IMG/VR virus record: IMGVR_UViG_3300036770_003657
Location: 186,001 to 250,000 of that record
DNA: 64,000 bases
Strand: one strand, 5' to 3'
The stretch's first letter is position 1; each line of letters starts with the position of its first letter. The translations under genes were made by a program, and so were the position numbers. Positions 28,752-38,115 of the stretch are shown here, piece by piece. The notes under the pieces were generated by a model. That model was not told where the DNA came from and made no database searches. It saw only the letters and a program-made list of their open reading frames with translations.

Positions 28752-29744
28752 CTACGATTTTGCTGGTCTTGGTGCTGATTTAGCACCACTATCACCGCCA
28801 GGGTTAGGAATTCCGCCATTACCTCTTAATTTAGTATGTCTCAGAAGTAATTTATCAACATCTGGATTGCGGCCCATATGCTTGCCTAATTTATCTGCTA
28901 ATAAGGCTAATTCTTGTTCTTCTTCTGGGCTTAATCCACCTGCACCTGCTGCGGCAGGATTAGCAGCAATACCACCTGGTTTACCACCTGGTTTACCACC
29001 TGGAGTATTAGTGCTACCATCTGGACGTGCTCCGTAAAGTGCTAGGCCCCCTGCTGCTGCTAGGGCTGCTGCCGACTTAGCAACATTGTTATTAGATGGA
29101 GTTCTGCCTGTTGGAATCTGTTTGATTAGTTCATCAGCACTTGGTTCTACTTTAGATGTTGCGGCACGACCTATATCATCTGCACTTGAAGCTGCTCCTT
29201 TGAGCCCTGCTTGAGCACTGTATCTAGCTAGAAGGTCATCCAAACCTTGTTTTCCTATATTTGTTACTGTTGGAAATACTTCTGCTCCAATAGCTGCCGC
29301 TTTAGGTGCAAATTGTTCATCTATCTGTGCTAGTTTAGTTCTAATTGCCTTAATTTGATCTACACTATTCATATTAAAATCTTCTTTGACATCTTTTTTT
29401 GTCTGGTTATCTTTATACCATTGTTGTATATCTCTACCAACGTTGGCGGCATCTCCCATGCCACCAAGCGTCCAACCTCCAGGACCAGGAATAAGATATC
29501 CTGCTGCGGCTAATGCTGAAATGACTGCACCGGTTCTATCACCTTTTTGAAACCTATCCCAAGCGTTCTTTAGTGCTAGACCACTGCCTAATCCTGGAAC
29601 CATTTTAGCTAATTGTTTTGTTCCTAGTTCTTTACCAACCACTGCCATACCAGCTGCACCTGCACCTGCATCTTTAGCCAAGTCTAATGCCCCGTAGCCA
29701 GTATCATCTTCTACTAAAGAAATATAATTTTTTATGCTTTTCAT
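28752..29744 (-). CDS. Putative capsid-internal/ejection protein with Gly/Ala-rich hydrophobic segments
   Basis: CTS-like start MKSIKNYISLVE; hydrophobic hairpin-like stretches. Confidence 0.5.
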   Translation of the reverse strand: MKSIKNYISLVEDDTGYGALDLAKDAGAGAAGMAVVGKELGTKQLAKMVPGLGSGLALKNAWDRFQKGDRTGAVISALAAAGYLIPGPGGWTLGGMGDAANVGRDIQQWYKDNQTKKDVKEDFNMNSVDQIKAIRTKLAQIDEQFAPKAAAIGAEVFPTVTNIGKQGLDDLLARYSAQAGLKGAASSADDIGRAATSKVEPSADELIKQIPTGRTPSNNNVAKSAAALAAAGGLALYGARPDGSTNTPGGKPGGKPGGIAANPAAAGAGGLSPEEEQELALLADKLGKHMGRNPDVDKLLLRHTKLRGNGGIPNPGGDSGAKSAPRPAKS

Positions 29745-31069
29745 ATTTTAAAGGCCCTAATTCTATCTAATATTATATCATCGGCTAGGCGATCTACTGA
29801 TTCCTTTTGTGCCTGAGCTGGTGCTGCTGGACTTGCTGCTTGACCGTCTTCTGGAAATGGTTTAAATGTGTACGATCTTCCTGTACGTTCCCAATATCCC
29901 ATTTTTCCAGTTCTTCGATCTCTCGCAGCAGGTTCTCCGTTTGGTCCTTTTTGTGGTGCCGTTGCTGGTGCCGCCGGTGCTGCTGGTGCTGCTGGTGCTG
30001 CTGGCGGCATAGTACCTTGCATGACATGTGGACTAGTTGCTGCCCCAGGAGGTGGATTAGCTGCTCCTCCACCACTCATACCTCTGGCAATTTTGTCCAT
30101 AGTGTCACCTGCTTTTACTACATAAGTACCACCACCTGGCATTTTTAATTGTTGACCAGGATATATTTTATTAATATCTTTGATTTGTGGATTTAATTTA
30201 TGTATGGCCTGTGCCCCTGCACTGCCCTTATATCCTTGTGCAGCAGGTTTATTAGTCTGTTGACTCGCAGGTGGATTAGCAGCACCTCCTGCACCTTTTT
30301 CTAATTTATCTAATAGTTCACCAAATCTTTTTACATCGTTAGGATCAATAGTTCCTGGATCTTCCTCACCTTGATTATTAGTTGATCCAGGAACTTCAGC
30401 AGCAGACGGAGGATTAGTAGCAATACCACCTGGTTCTTGCCAATTAGCTAAATCAGTTCCAGGATTACCTGGTTGTATGTCTGGACTGCGTACTGGATGT
30501 GATGTTGCTACAGGAGCATTGCTACCAGCGTATCCATAATTTTCTGGATCTTCACCACCACCTGCGTCTGCATCGTCAGCCCCTATAGTAGTTGGTGGAA
30601 CATATTCACCTGGATTGGCAGCTATACCTTGATGTTCTTGTCCACCACTCATCACAGGTTGTCCATCACTACTTCTAACTATTTGTCCATCGCTACCACG
30701 TAATGGTTCACGTCGAATATTTGGTGGTTGTGTTTCTCCATCTTCATCTACTCCCATATCCTGCATAAGAGCTTTGGCGATACTACCTCTAAATTCTGGC
30801 ATTGGTGTAGTTTGACTTTGTTTAGCTACCATTCTATAGTCAGGGTGTACTTGAGCTAGACTTTTTTCTGCATCAGCAGCAGCTTGACTAAATCCTTGAG
30901 CTCTTAATTTTTTAATATGTGCTAACCAAGCAGCCACTTTAGCAGCAGCAGTGCCACCCACAAATTCATCTACTTGACCATCTAACGCCATTGGACTAGC
31001 ATCTTCTTTTAGAACTTTTTTACTTTCAATAGCATCCATACGTGCTATCATTGATTTCATATCCATCAT
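29741..31069 (-). CDS. LysM-domain, low-complexity putative virion protein
   Basis: LNPQIKDINKIYPGQQLKMP and YVVKAGDTMDKIA LysM motifs. Confidence 0.7.
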   Translation of the reverse strand: MMDMKSMIARMDAIESKKVLKEDASPMALDGQVDEFVGGTAAAKVAAWLAHIKKLRAQGFSQAAADAEKSLAQVHPDYRMVAKQSQTTPMPEFRGSIAKALMQDMGVDEDGETQPPNIRREPLRGSDGQIVRSSDGQPVMSGGQEHQGIAANPGEYVPPTTIGADDADAGGGEDPENYGYAGSNAPVATSHPVRSPDIQPGNPGTDLANWQEPGGIATNPPSAAEVPGSTNNQGEEDPGTIDPNDVKRFGELLDKLEKGAGGAANPPASQQTNKPAAQGYKGSAGAQAIHKLNPQIKDINKIYPGQQLKMPGGGTYVVKAGDTMDKIARGMSGGGAANPPPGAATSPHVMQGTMPPAAPAAPAAPAAPATAPQKGPNGEPAARDRRTGKMGYWERTGRSYTFKPFPEDGQAASPAAPAQAQKESVDRLADDIILDRIRAFKI

Positions 31070-33061
31070 TTAATCCTTGTCTGATCCATCAGCCTTTTTA
31101 TGACTCTTATAGCCTTTGTTTTTCATATGCCAGGCCAATGCCCATGGGTTCTTTTCCTTACCATCTTTAGTTTTACCCTTGGTTAGTTCAGGATGTTTTT
31201 TCATAGCCTTTACCGTGCCCTTAAAACCAGGTGGGCTTACTTCTTTAAGGCCAAAACTCTGTAGTATACCTTCACTAATGCTTTCCATCTTAACACAATT
31301 GTCTACAGTTTTGCCACCTTTCTTTTTAGTGCCCATACGCTTATAGCCTTTCCAGCAGGCTTTACCGTCTACACCTTTTTGTTTTTCTTCCGCCACACCT
31401 TGCTCTTTGATCTTGTCTTGAATCTTTTTGTAGCGATGAAAGTTAGCATCTTTATCAGCATCAGTCTTGCCAAACTTACCAGCGTCCATCTTCTTATCAA
31501 TTTCACGCTTGGCATATCCTGGAACAACCTTGCGTAGAGTCTGTGGCAAGCCTTCCGCCACACCTTGCTCTGGCAAATTAGGTTTACGATGTTTTCCATG
31601 TGCATTTTTAATACTGGCTTTCAGACTGTTTATCTGGTCTCTGGATGGGAGACCTTTTCTATTGCCAGCAAGATTAAGGCTATGTTTGATGCCGCTACGA
31701 CCAATGCCCTGCCCCTTTTTCAATAGATCATCGTTATCGAATTCACTGCCTACACCACCCATCCTGCGCTTTTGACCCGGATCGTTTTCTGGACGCTCAG
31801 GAAAATCGTAGCCGTACCCAATGCTGTCATAATCGTCGCTATCCCCGGGCTCTTGAGTATACAATCTGTCTTTGTATTTAGGATCACGCCATTTGGCCGC
31901 TTCCGCCACACCTTGCTCTTTGATGTTTAGTTGCTTTTTTGTATAGGCCACTGCGTCATCCAATGCGGCCAACCCTTTCTGTTCTGAATTCTTACTTAAT
32001 CCAGTATCATATAGTTCATCACCGTTATAGATACGCACCTGCCAGCCCATTCCTGTATCAACCAAATCGTGTCTAAAGTTGCCCACCTTGACAGATTTTA
32101 CTACATTCTTTCCCAAGCCTTCCGCCACAGCCTTCTTTTCATCCTTTTTCTTCTCAGGCTTAACAGGTTTAGCCACATCCTTATCACTTACTGGATAGTC
32201 TCTTAAATGACGAGTAGTAGCATTAGGTTTTTTCACAGCCTCTCTAAGCATTTGAATAAGTTTTGGTAGTGATTTACCTTTAAAACTAGCAGACGTTAGA
32301 TCTGGATATTTGTCTAACAAACGATTAATAGTCTGTTGTCTCATTTTATTACTAAAGTCTTGATCATTTGGACCGTCTCTATCTATACGATCTGTACGTG
32401 GCATACGACCACTTTGACTAAATTGATCATCTCTATTACGACCAAACCTACTCTCTGCTGCGCCACCTACCAGTTTACCTTTAGGATAACCTGTTGGTCC
32501 TGGACTACGTAATTGTCCAGCCTGTCCAATTTTGTGTTTACCTAAACCAGCAAAAGGTATACTATTTTCATCTAAGTTTTTACCTTTATGTTTTTCTTTA
32601 CCCTGCTTTTGATCTTTCTTTTTGTCTTTATGTTTGCCTGCTCCAGTTTGTGGACGTAATGGACCTTGTCTTGGCTTTTGCGGCACACGAGCATCTTCCA
32701 TCATACGTTGTACAATACTACGAACTTGTTCTGTACTCTCATAAGATTCTTGTGATGGTAAAGGAGCAGGTGGACGTGGTCGTTGTCTTGGACTAATACT
32801 ATCTAGTGCTTTCTTTGTAGCAGGCCCAATTTGATCAGCACCTACATAGTCAGTCATCTCTCTGCCACCAGTTACGGTGACTATTTGATAAGCATCAGGT
32901 ATTTTTTGACTGATTAAGATCATTTTATTACTTTGCTGATCTAGTACGCCAGCCATACCGTTATAACGTATGTTAGCAAAGCCATCACCCAACTGGCCTA
33001 TTATTTGCATATTAGGGATGTCAGCCTGCTCAACTAGTTGGATGAAGTTTTTAATAGTCAT
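31070..33061 (-). CDS. Modular basic putative capsid-internal polyprotein with EQGVAE linkers
   Basis: Repeated (E)QGVAE/AVAE and hydrophobic-X-E motifs separating K/R-rich modules. Confidence 0.6.
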   Translation of the reverse strand: MTIKNFIQLVEQADIPNMQIIGQLGDGFANIRYNGMAGVLDQQSNKMILISQKIPDAYQIVTVTGGREMTDYVGADQIGPATKKALDSISPRQRPRPPAPLPSQESYESTEQVRSIVQRMMEDARVPQKPRQGPLRPQTGAGKHKDKKKDQKQGKEKHKGKNLDENSIPFAGLGKHKIGQAGQLRSPGPTGYPKGKLVGGAAESRFGRNRDDQFSQSGRMPRTDRIDRDGPNDQDFSNKMRQQTINRLLDKYPDLTSASFKGKSLPKLIQMLREAVKKPNATTRHLRDYPVSDKDVAKPVKPEKKKDEKKAVAEGLGKNVVKSVKVGNFRHDLVDTGMGWQVRIYNGDELYDTGLSKNSEQKGLAALDDAVAYTKKQLNIKEQGVAEAAKWRDPKYKDRLYTQEPGDSDDYDSIGYGYDFPERPENDPGQKRRMGGVGSEFDNDDLLKKGQGIGRSGIKHSLNLAGNRKGLPSRDQINSLKASIKNAHGKHRKPNLPEQGVAEGLPQTLRKVVPGYAKREIDKKMDAGKFGKTDADKDANFHRYKKIQDKIKEQGVAEEKQKGVDGKACWKGYKRMGTKKKGGKTVDNCVKMESISEGILQSFGLKEVSPPGFKGTVKAMKKHPELTKGKTKDGKEKNPWALAWHMKNKGYKSHKKADGSDKD
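31387..32129. repeat. Dispersed 20-bp direct repeat CTTCCGCCACACCTTGCTCT (3 exact copies plus 1 partial), in frame
   Basis: Copies at 31387-31406, 31552-31571 and 31900-31919; partial CTTCCGCCACA at 32119-32129; periods 165, 348 and 219 nt. Confidence 0.9.
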
Positions 33062-34272
33062 TATGCTACCGCTTTCTTCTTTTTAGCAATGGCAATAGCA
33101 GCTTGTTGTTTAGCATTTGCTGCTTCTGTTTTCAAACGACCATCTCGCTCAGCACTCTTTAACAGAGCTGCTCGATCTCCATAACTGCCACGCTTAACAT
33201 CCCTAGCAGCATCCTTTTCACCCTTTGTTGGATTCTTTACGTGCTTCAAAGGATTAAATGCTTCTTTCATACTACACTCTTTCATACCGTGTACTGGACA
33301 ACTTTTACCTTTGGCTGTATGATTACACTTGGCTGATTCGCTAACTTTTTTATCCTTCACAGCCTTCTTCATTGGCTCTTTTTTATTGCCATCCTTGTCC
33401 ATATCTAAAAAGTCTGGTTTAGCCTTTTTACCTTCTTCAAATGGCTTACCTGACTTGGCTGCTGCCTTAGCACGACTGCCCCATACTTCATCTTTAGGAC
33501 TTTCTTTCTTGCCATCACCATCATAATCTTTTTTACTTACTTTCTGACCTTCTCTGGTTTTTACATTTTTGCCTGGAGGTGGAGCAGTAGCACCATCTGG
33601 AGGACTTGGAATATTACCAGTTACACCACCTTTAGGATATAGTTTATTAGTGGGCTTTGGTTGTGCCATTGTATTTTCACTAGTTTTCTTACGTATGCTA
33701 TCTACACTGTAGCCTTGACTCTTATGATCACGACCTGCACGATCTCTTACTTCGCTTTCGCTTTCACCTTCATCTGCATCATAGTGTACATTTTTAGATT
33801 TATTGCCATCTTTGTGCATGAGTTTTACGCTGTACTGACTCTTAGTACTAGTATCAACTTTGCCCTTACGCTTGTCCTTAGCAGTAAAGCCAGTAGCCTC
33901 ATCTACCTTTTCATCCTTTTTCTTCATCTTTTCAGCCTGGGCCTTTTTAAGGGCTTTCATTTTGTCCTTGGCTTCCATTAGTTTGTTTCTAAGGATACGT
34001 TTTTCTTCGGTAGTGTACATATCACTCATTTCAAGTTTTTGTCCATATTCATTGAACTTCATCTCATACTCTAAATAGTGATATACGCTAGCCATATAGT
34101 CTGCTGCTTTAGTAATTTTAGCCTGTATCCACCCTTCTAGTTGGGCATTATCATCCATCATTTTAAATAGTTTTAATGCGTATCTAGCAGTTTTATAAAG
34201 GTCAGCCTTGGCCATTTTACCTTCATCTTCATTCTCTGGGGCGGGCAAACTGCCCTGCATAATAGGATCCAT
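33061..34272 (-). CDS. Modular basic putative capsid-internal protein
   Basis: Short modules (DYDGDGKKES, KPDFLDMDKDGNKKEPMKKA, CNH...CPVHG..EC) separated by x-x-E sites; late box at 34293-34300. Confidence 0.55.
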   Translation of the reverse strand: MDPIMQGSLPAPENEDEGKMAKADLYKTARYALKLFKMMDDNAQLEGWIQAKITKAADYMASVYHYLEYEMKFNEYGQKLEMSDMYTTEEKRILRNKLMEAKDKMKALKKAQAEKMKKKDEKVDEATGFTAKDKRKGKVDTSTKSQYSVKLMHKDGNKSKNVHYDADEGESESEVRDRAGRDHKSQGYSVDSIRKKTSENTMAQPKPTNKLYPKGGVTGNIPSPPDGATAPPPGKNVKTREGQKVSKKDYDGDGKKESPKDEVWGSRAKAAAKSGKPFEEGKKAKPDFLDMDKDGNKKEPMKKAVKDKKVSESAKCNHTAKGKSCPVHGMKECSMKEAFNPLKHVKNPTKGEKDAARDVKRGSYGDRAALLKSAERDGRLKTEAANAKQQAAIAIAKKKKAVA

Positions 34273-34295
34273 ATCTTACTCCGAATTTGTAATAT

Positions 34296-34502
34296 TTATC
34301 GTTTTAACATTGTTCCGCCAAATAAGCTAATATCACTATCTAGTGCATTTTTGGCTGTTCCATTTTTATTTTTTAATGTTTCTACTTTAACTAACTTTGG
34401 TTTTCCGCCTTTATTAGTTATATGTGGGTTGGCTATGGCAACTACATTACCAGCACTGGTGGCTCCTCCGCTTGCTGTTTCATACAGTTCCCTTAGTCTC
34501 AT
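34296..34502 (-). CDS. Small putative capsid-internal protein
   Basis: CTS-like start MRLRELYE. Confidence 0.55.
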   Translation of the reverse strand: MRLRELYETASGGATSAGNVVAIANPHITNKGGKPKLVKVETLKNKNGTAKNALDSDISLFGGTMLKR

Positions 34503-34880
34503 TTATACTCCATATTGATTACGTTTGATTTTTGCTACAGGGCTTACTGTATTTGTGCTTTTCAGTTCTAAGCTACGCATATCACCTTTGTTTAAATCTT
34601 TGTGATTTGCACCTACAGCTTTACTGGCTTTAACAAACATTTCATGTTCTACTTCTGTATAAGGATGTATAGTTTTCTTTTTACCAAACCAACTCTTGGC
34701 ATCTATATCAGGAACACTTTTTCCATCAGTACTGGCCATAGCTTGTCCTAACTTAAAAGCCACGTAGTCGCTATTGGCTCTTTCTGCGTCACTGTAAATG
34801 CTTACACCGCGTGTAGACTCTTTTTGACGTTTAGTCAATTTGCCTTGTTTACGCTCTGCCAGTATTTCTCTAATCTTCAT
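34503..34880 (-). CDS. Putative capsid-internal protein
   Basis: CTS-like start MKIREILAE. Confidence 0.55.
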   Translation of the reverse strand: MKIREILAERKQGKLTKRQKESTRGVSIYSDAERANSDYVAFKLGQAMASTDGKSVPDIDAKSWFGKKKTIHPYTEVEHEMFVKASKAVGANHKDLNKGDMRSLELKSTNTVSPVAKIKRNQYGV

Positions 34881-36238
34881 TGCTTGAACATATCCTTAGA
34901 TCCAAATACTTGGCCAAACTTATCACCTAACATATTCTTTAACTTAGTACGTTGATCCGCTCTAAGTACAATCATACCATTATCAAACTTGTAGCCCATG
35001 TCACGTAATTTGGGCATTAGGTCAGTAGCCAACAATTTGTACCTAAATACATCTGGTTGTGCCACAGCATGACCACCCATTTGGCTATTTGGTTTACCAG
35101 GTATGGGCGCACGACGTCGTTTACCATCTAGACCAACGACAAAATGATCTACACCTTTAGGTTTAGTTTCTGGTTCTACCCCAGCATCTTTACCTTTATA
35201 CAGTTTAAAGCGTTCATCAGCACCACCACCTATAAGGCTTTTTAATTCCTTTAGTTCAGGTCCAAAGTCACTGCGTAGAGCACTTAGAGGGAATACAAGT
35301 TCAGCAGCCTCGCCACCAATAAAGTCCACGTCACGTATAGCATCTTCTAATTCACCAAGAGCACTGCTGGCATCAGTAAATTCAAAGTTCACTCTAAGTG
35401 GACGACCTTTGCCACCCTTCTTATCTCTAATGCCTACATTTTGACTACGCTGTACAACTTCTTCTGGGAATGTAGCAAAGTCACCTATAACCTGTATTAG
35501 ATTAGTTCTTGGGTTTAGTTTGAATATAATGTATAGTGTGCCACTAGGCTGTTCTAATTCATATAGTCTCATTTCTTTAGCCTTCTTTTTTGGTTTAGCA
35601 GCAGCGAATTGTCCCATACGCTCCTTGGCCTTACGCATAAGATCCATAACTTGATCATCATCTATTTCTGGACTCATAGCATCACGCCATACTGCAAATT
35701 GTTCTTGTTCACTCTTAGTGGGATCTGTTAATACTTGACGCATTGGTGTAGCACGTGGGCCTTCTTCACCAGCACTAGGGTCACCTGTTTCTTGACGGGC
35801 TATAACGTCCAAGTTATCAAACTTAAATGGAATATCACCTGCCTTATTAGGTTTACCGTTATATTGTTTAAGATATTGGAATGCCTGTTTTTGATCAGCA
35901 CCAACAACCACTGTGACGTTGTTATAACCTTGTTGATTTAGGTTAGTCAATACTCTAGTTAGATCAGGCAGTTCATCTGTGGCAGTTTGAAATATATGCC
36001 CTTGTTCTGGGAATACCTTTTTGTATATGGCCAATTTTTCTTCAGGTTGTAAAGGATCATCTGGACCATATGTTCTACTCACTACAAAATATGGATCACC
36101 GCCCATCTTGTCAGCATAGGTTATAACACTACTGGCCAACATCATATGACCTTTATGACCCATACCTCTGCCCCAACCTACCACAGCAGTTGATCCTTCT
36201 CCTGTTCTATCTAGTTCAAATAATTGTCTAAGCCTCAT
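34877..36238 (-). CDS. HxGH cytidylyl/nucleotidyltransferase-like protein with extra C-terminal domain
   Basis: GWGRGMGHKGH, DPL..EEK, VVVGADQ and RATPMR; start MRLRQLFE at 36238 is ATGA-coupled. Confidence 0.72.
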   Translation of the reverse strand: MRLRQLFELDRTGEGSTAVVGWGRGMGHKGHMMLASSVITYADKMGGDPYFVVSRTYGPDDPLQPEEKLAIYKKVFPEQGHIFQTATDELPDLTRVLTNLNQQGYNNVTVVVGADQKQAFQYLKQYNGKPNKAGDIPFKFDNLDVIARQETGDPSAGEEGPRATPMRQVLTDPTKSEQEQFAVWRDAMSPEIDDDQVMDLMRKAKERMGQFAAAKPKKKAKEMRLYELEQPSGTLYIIFKLNPRTNLIQVIGDFATFPEEVVQRSQNVGIRDKKGGKGRPLRVNFEFTDASSALGELEDAIRDVDFIGGEAAELVFPLSALRSDFGPELKELKSLIGGGADERFKLYKGKDAGVEPETKPKGVDHFVVGLDGKRRRAPIPGKPNSQMGGHAVAQPDVFRYKLLATDLMPKLRDMGYKFDNGMIVLRADQRTKLKNMLGDKFGQVFGSKDMFKQ

Positions 36239-38115
36239 TCGCCTTTCCTTGGAGCCCAATTAGCTTGGTCAATTGCTTTGACAAATTGTCCAGGTAAATC
36301 ATTTTGAAATGCTACACCAGGATGAGCACTAACATATCCTTCTGGTTTTGTCTGTCTTATACCATTGTGTGTTCCACTGCTTAGGTTTTGAATCATTTCC
36401 AGTTTAGCTCTAGTTAGTAATTCTACAGCAGTTAATACAGCATCCATACCAGCACGATCTTTAAGTATCATATCTGCTTGTTTAGAGCTGGTATTAGCAG
36501 TGACCCAATCAATAAATTTTTGTTTAACTCCTGGAATACGTAGGTTTTGATTATAAAATTTGTACAATACATCACCTGGTTTACTTAGTCCAGGCTTAGG
36601 AGCTAGGAAGTTGTTGATTAGATTGGCATTTTCCTGTATATATGATTGAACACTATCTAAACTATTTTCTGTAAATTGTGGAGTTTGTTCAGTATACGTT
36701 GTACCCTGCACTATGGTATATGGGGTGCTCAAGCTTTCTGGGTCTGGATAACGTCCTTCATCACTGCTGCCCAAACTTTCATAAAACCCTGTAGCAGCCA
36801 CCATAACTTTGGCATTGCGAATCTTACGACCAAGATCACTATTTTTTCCTATATGGAATGTAGTAATATTTGGAGTGAACTCATACTCTTGCGTTTTTGG
36901 ATTAAGTATTGGTTTGGCACTTTGTCCATCTGGTTTAGTACCTGGATAAAATAATAATCCACCTTCTAAGAATCCATCATCTGGACTGGCCTGTTCAAAG
37001 AAGGGCCAAAGGCTGGCTAATTGTTTGGCATATTGACGTCGTTGTGCTATTTGATCAGGATCAGCTTTACCCGTACCCATTAGGAACTTTTGTACTTCTT
37101 CTGCACTGCGGGGTATGGTGCTTATGCCATTTTGTAACTCTGTCTTACCACGTTTAAGATATTCCCAAGCATTTTTAGGAATCATCATAAACTGTCCATC
37201 CTGTTTGCCCCAATATACTACAGGGCTACCATCCCATTTAAGTTCTATATTACCACCTTGTGTGCTCATATAACGAAGTCGTTCTACAGCATGTAGTCCG
37301 CCCTTGGCACCATTAGTAAAAACTAGATCTTCAATATGTTGATATTTGCGACCTATTGTTGGTGCTGCTGCTTCGAAAAACTTCTTCTCAGGTCCTTTTA
37401 ATGGCGCACTTTTCCAACTTTGTCCACTACTAGCCAAGCTATAAATTTTTTCACGTTGCGTTATAGGTAGTGCATTCATTATACTTTCTACACTGCCTAA
37501 ATCCTGACTACTTGCTCTTGGACCCAATAATTTCTGTGCTATCTCATCCATATCAGTTGATATAAGGTTAGCCTTTTTACCTTTATCGTCTCTAGCAAAT
37601 AACCCTTCATCTGGACTCCATAGCATACCTTGACTGCTAGCAAGAGCATTCATAACCATCTGTTTGTGTACACCTTTATAAGGACTATCTTTTGGTATGC
37701 TATGAACATGGTACCTATGTACCTGTTGTGCATTGGGCACAACTTTTATATCTACCTGATGAAAACTGCGTCCGAATGGTAGTTTAACATGGACCTGTGT
37801 ACCACTTTTTTTAGTATCAAGACCTTTACCTTGTAGGAATCGTTCTAACTCTACTCTAACACCTTTTGCATCTTGTTGTTGAAATACTTTAGCAGCTACA
37901 TTAGCATCTGCCATAACATCAAGATCACCACTCATAACACCTGGTGTAGGTGTTGCTCCACTGCCTATACGATATAGTTTAATGCCTGTACCCTGTAGGT
38001 AGCGTTCCAATTCTGTTTCTAACCTAGGTGCAAGACTTTGGTCAAATGGTTCAACATCGTCCCAAATATTGCCACCTTCCTTAAGTGGCCTAGCAAATAG
38101 CTCACGAAGGATCAT
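36235..38115 (-). CDS. Two-domain protein: Pol-beta-type nucleotidyltransferase + ligase-like (KxDG) domain
   Basis: IGSG...SGDLDV...HQVDI in the N-terminal half; HIED, ELKWDGSP and PEGYV in the C-terminal half. Confidence 0.62.
   Translation of the reverse strand: MILRELFARPLKEGGNIWDDVEPFDQSLAPRLETELERYLQGTGIKLYRIGSGATPTPGVMSGDLDVMADANVAAKVFQQQDAKGVRVELERFLQGKGLDTKKSGTQVHVKLPFGRSFHQVDIKVVPNAQQVHRYHVHSIPKDSPYKGVHKQMVMNALASSQGMLWSPDEGLFARDDKGKKANLISTDMDEIAQKLLGPRASSQDLGSVESIMNALPITQREKIYSLASSGQSWKSAPLKGPEKKFFEAAAPTIGRKYQHIEDLVFTNGAKGGLHAVERLRYMSTQGGNIELKWDGSPVVYWGKQDGQFMMIPKNAWEYLKRGKTELQNGISTIPRSAEEVQKFLMGTGKADPDQIAQRRQYAKQLASLWPFFEQASPDDGFLEGGLLFYPGTKPDGQSAKPILNPKTQEYEFTPNITTFHIGKNSDLGRKIRNAKVMVAATGFYESLGSSDEGRYPDPESLSTPYTIVQGTTYTEQTPQFTENSLDSVQSYIQENANLINNFLAPKPGLSKPGDVLYKFYNQNLRIPGVKQKFIDWVTANTSSKQADMILKDRAGMDAVLTAVELLTRAKLEMIQNLSSGTHNGIRQTKPEGYVSAHPGVAFQNDLPGQFVKAIDQANWAPRKGE

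Noticed and set aside
31387-32129. CRISPR array interpretation of the 20-bp repeats
   Set aside because: Spacers are 145-328 nt, unequal and in frame within a CDS; the repeat is not palindromic; no cas genes are present.
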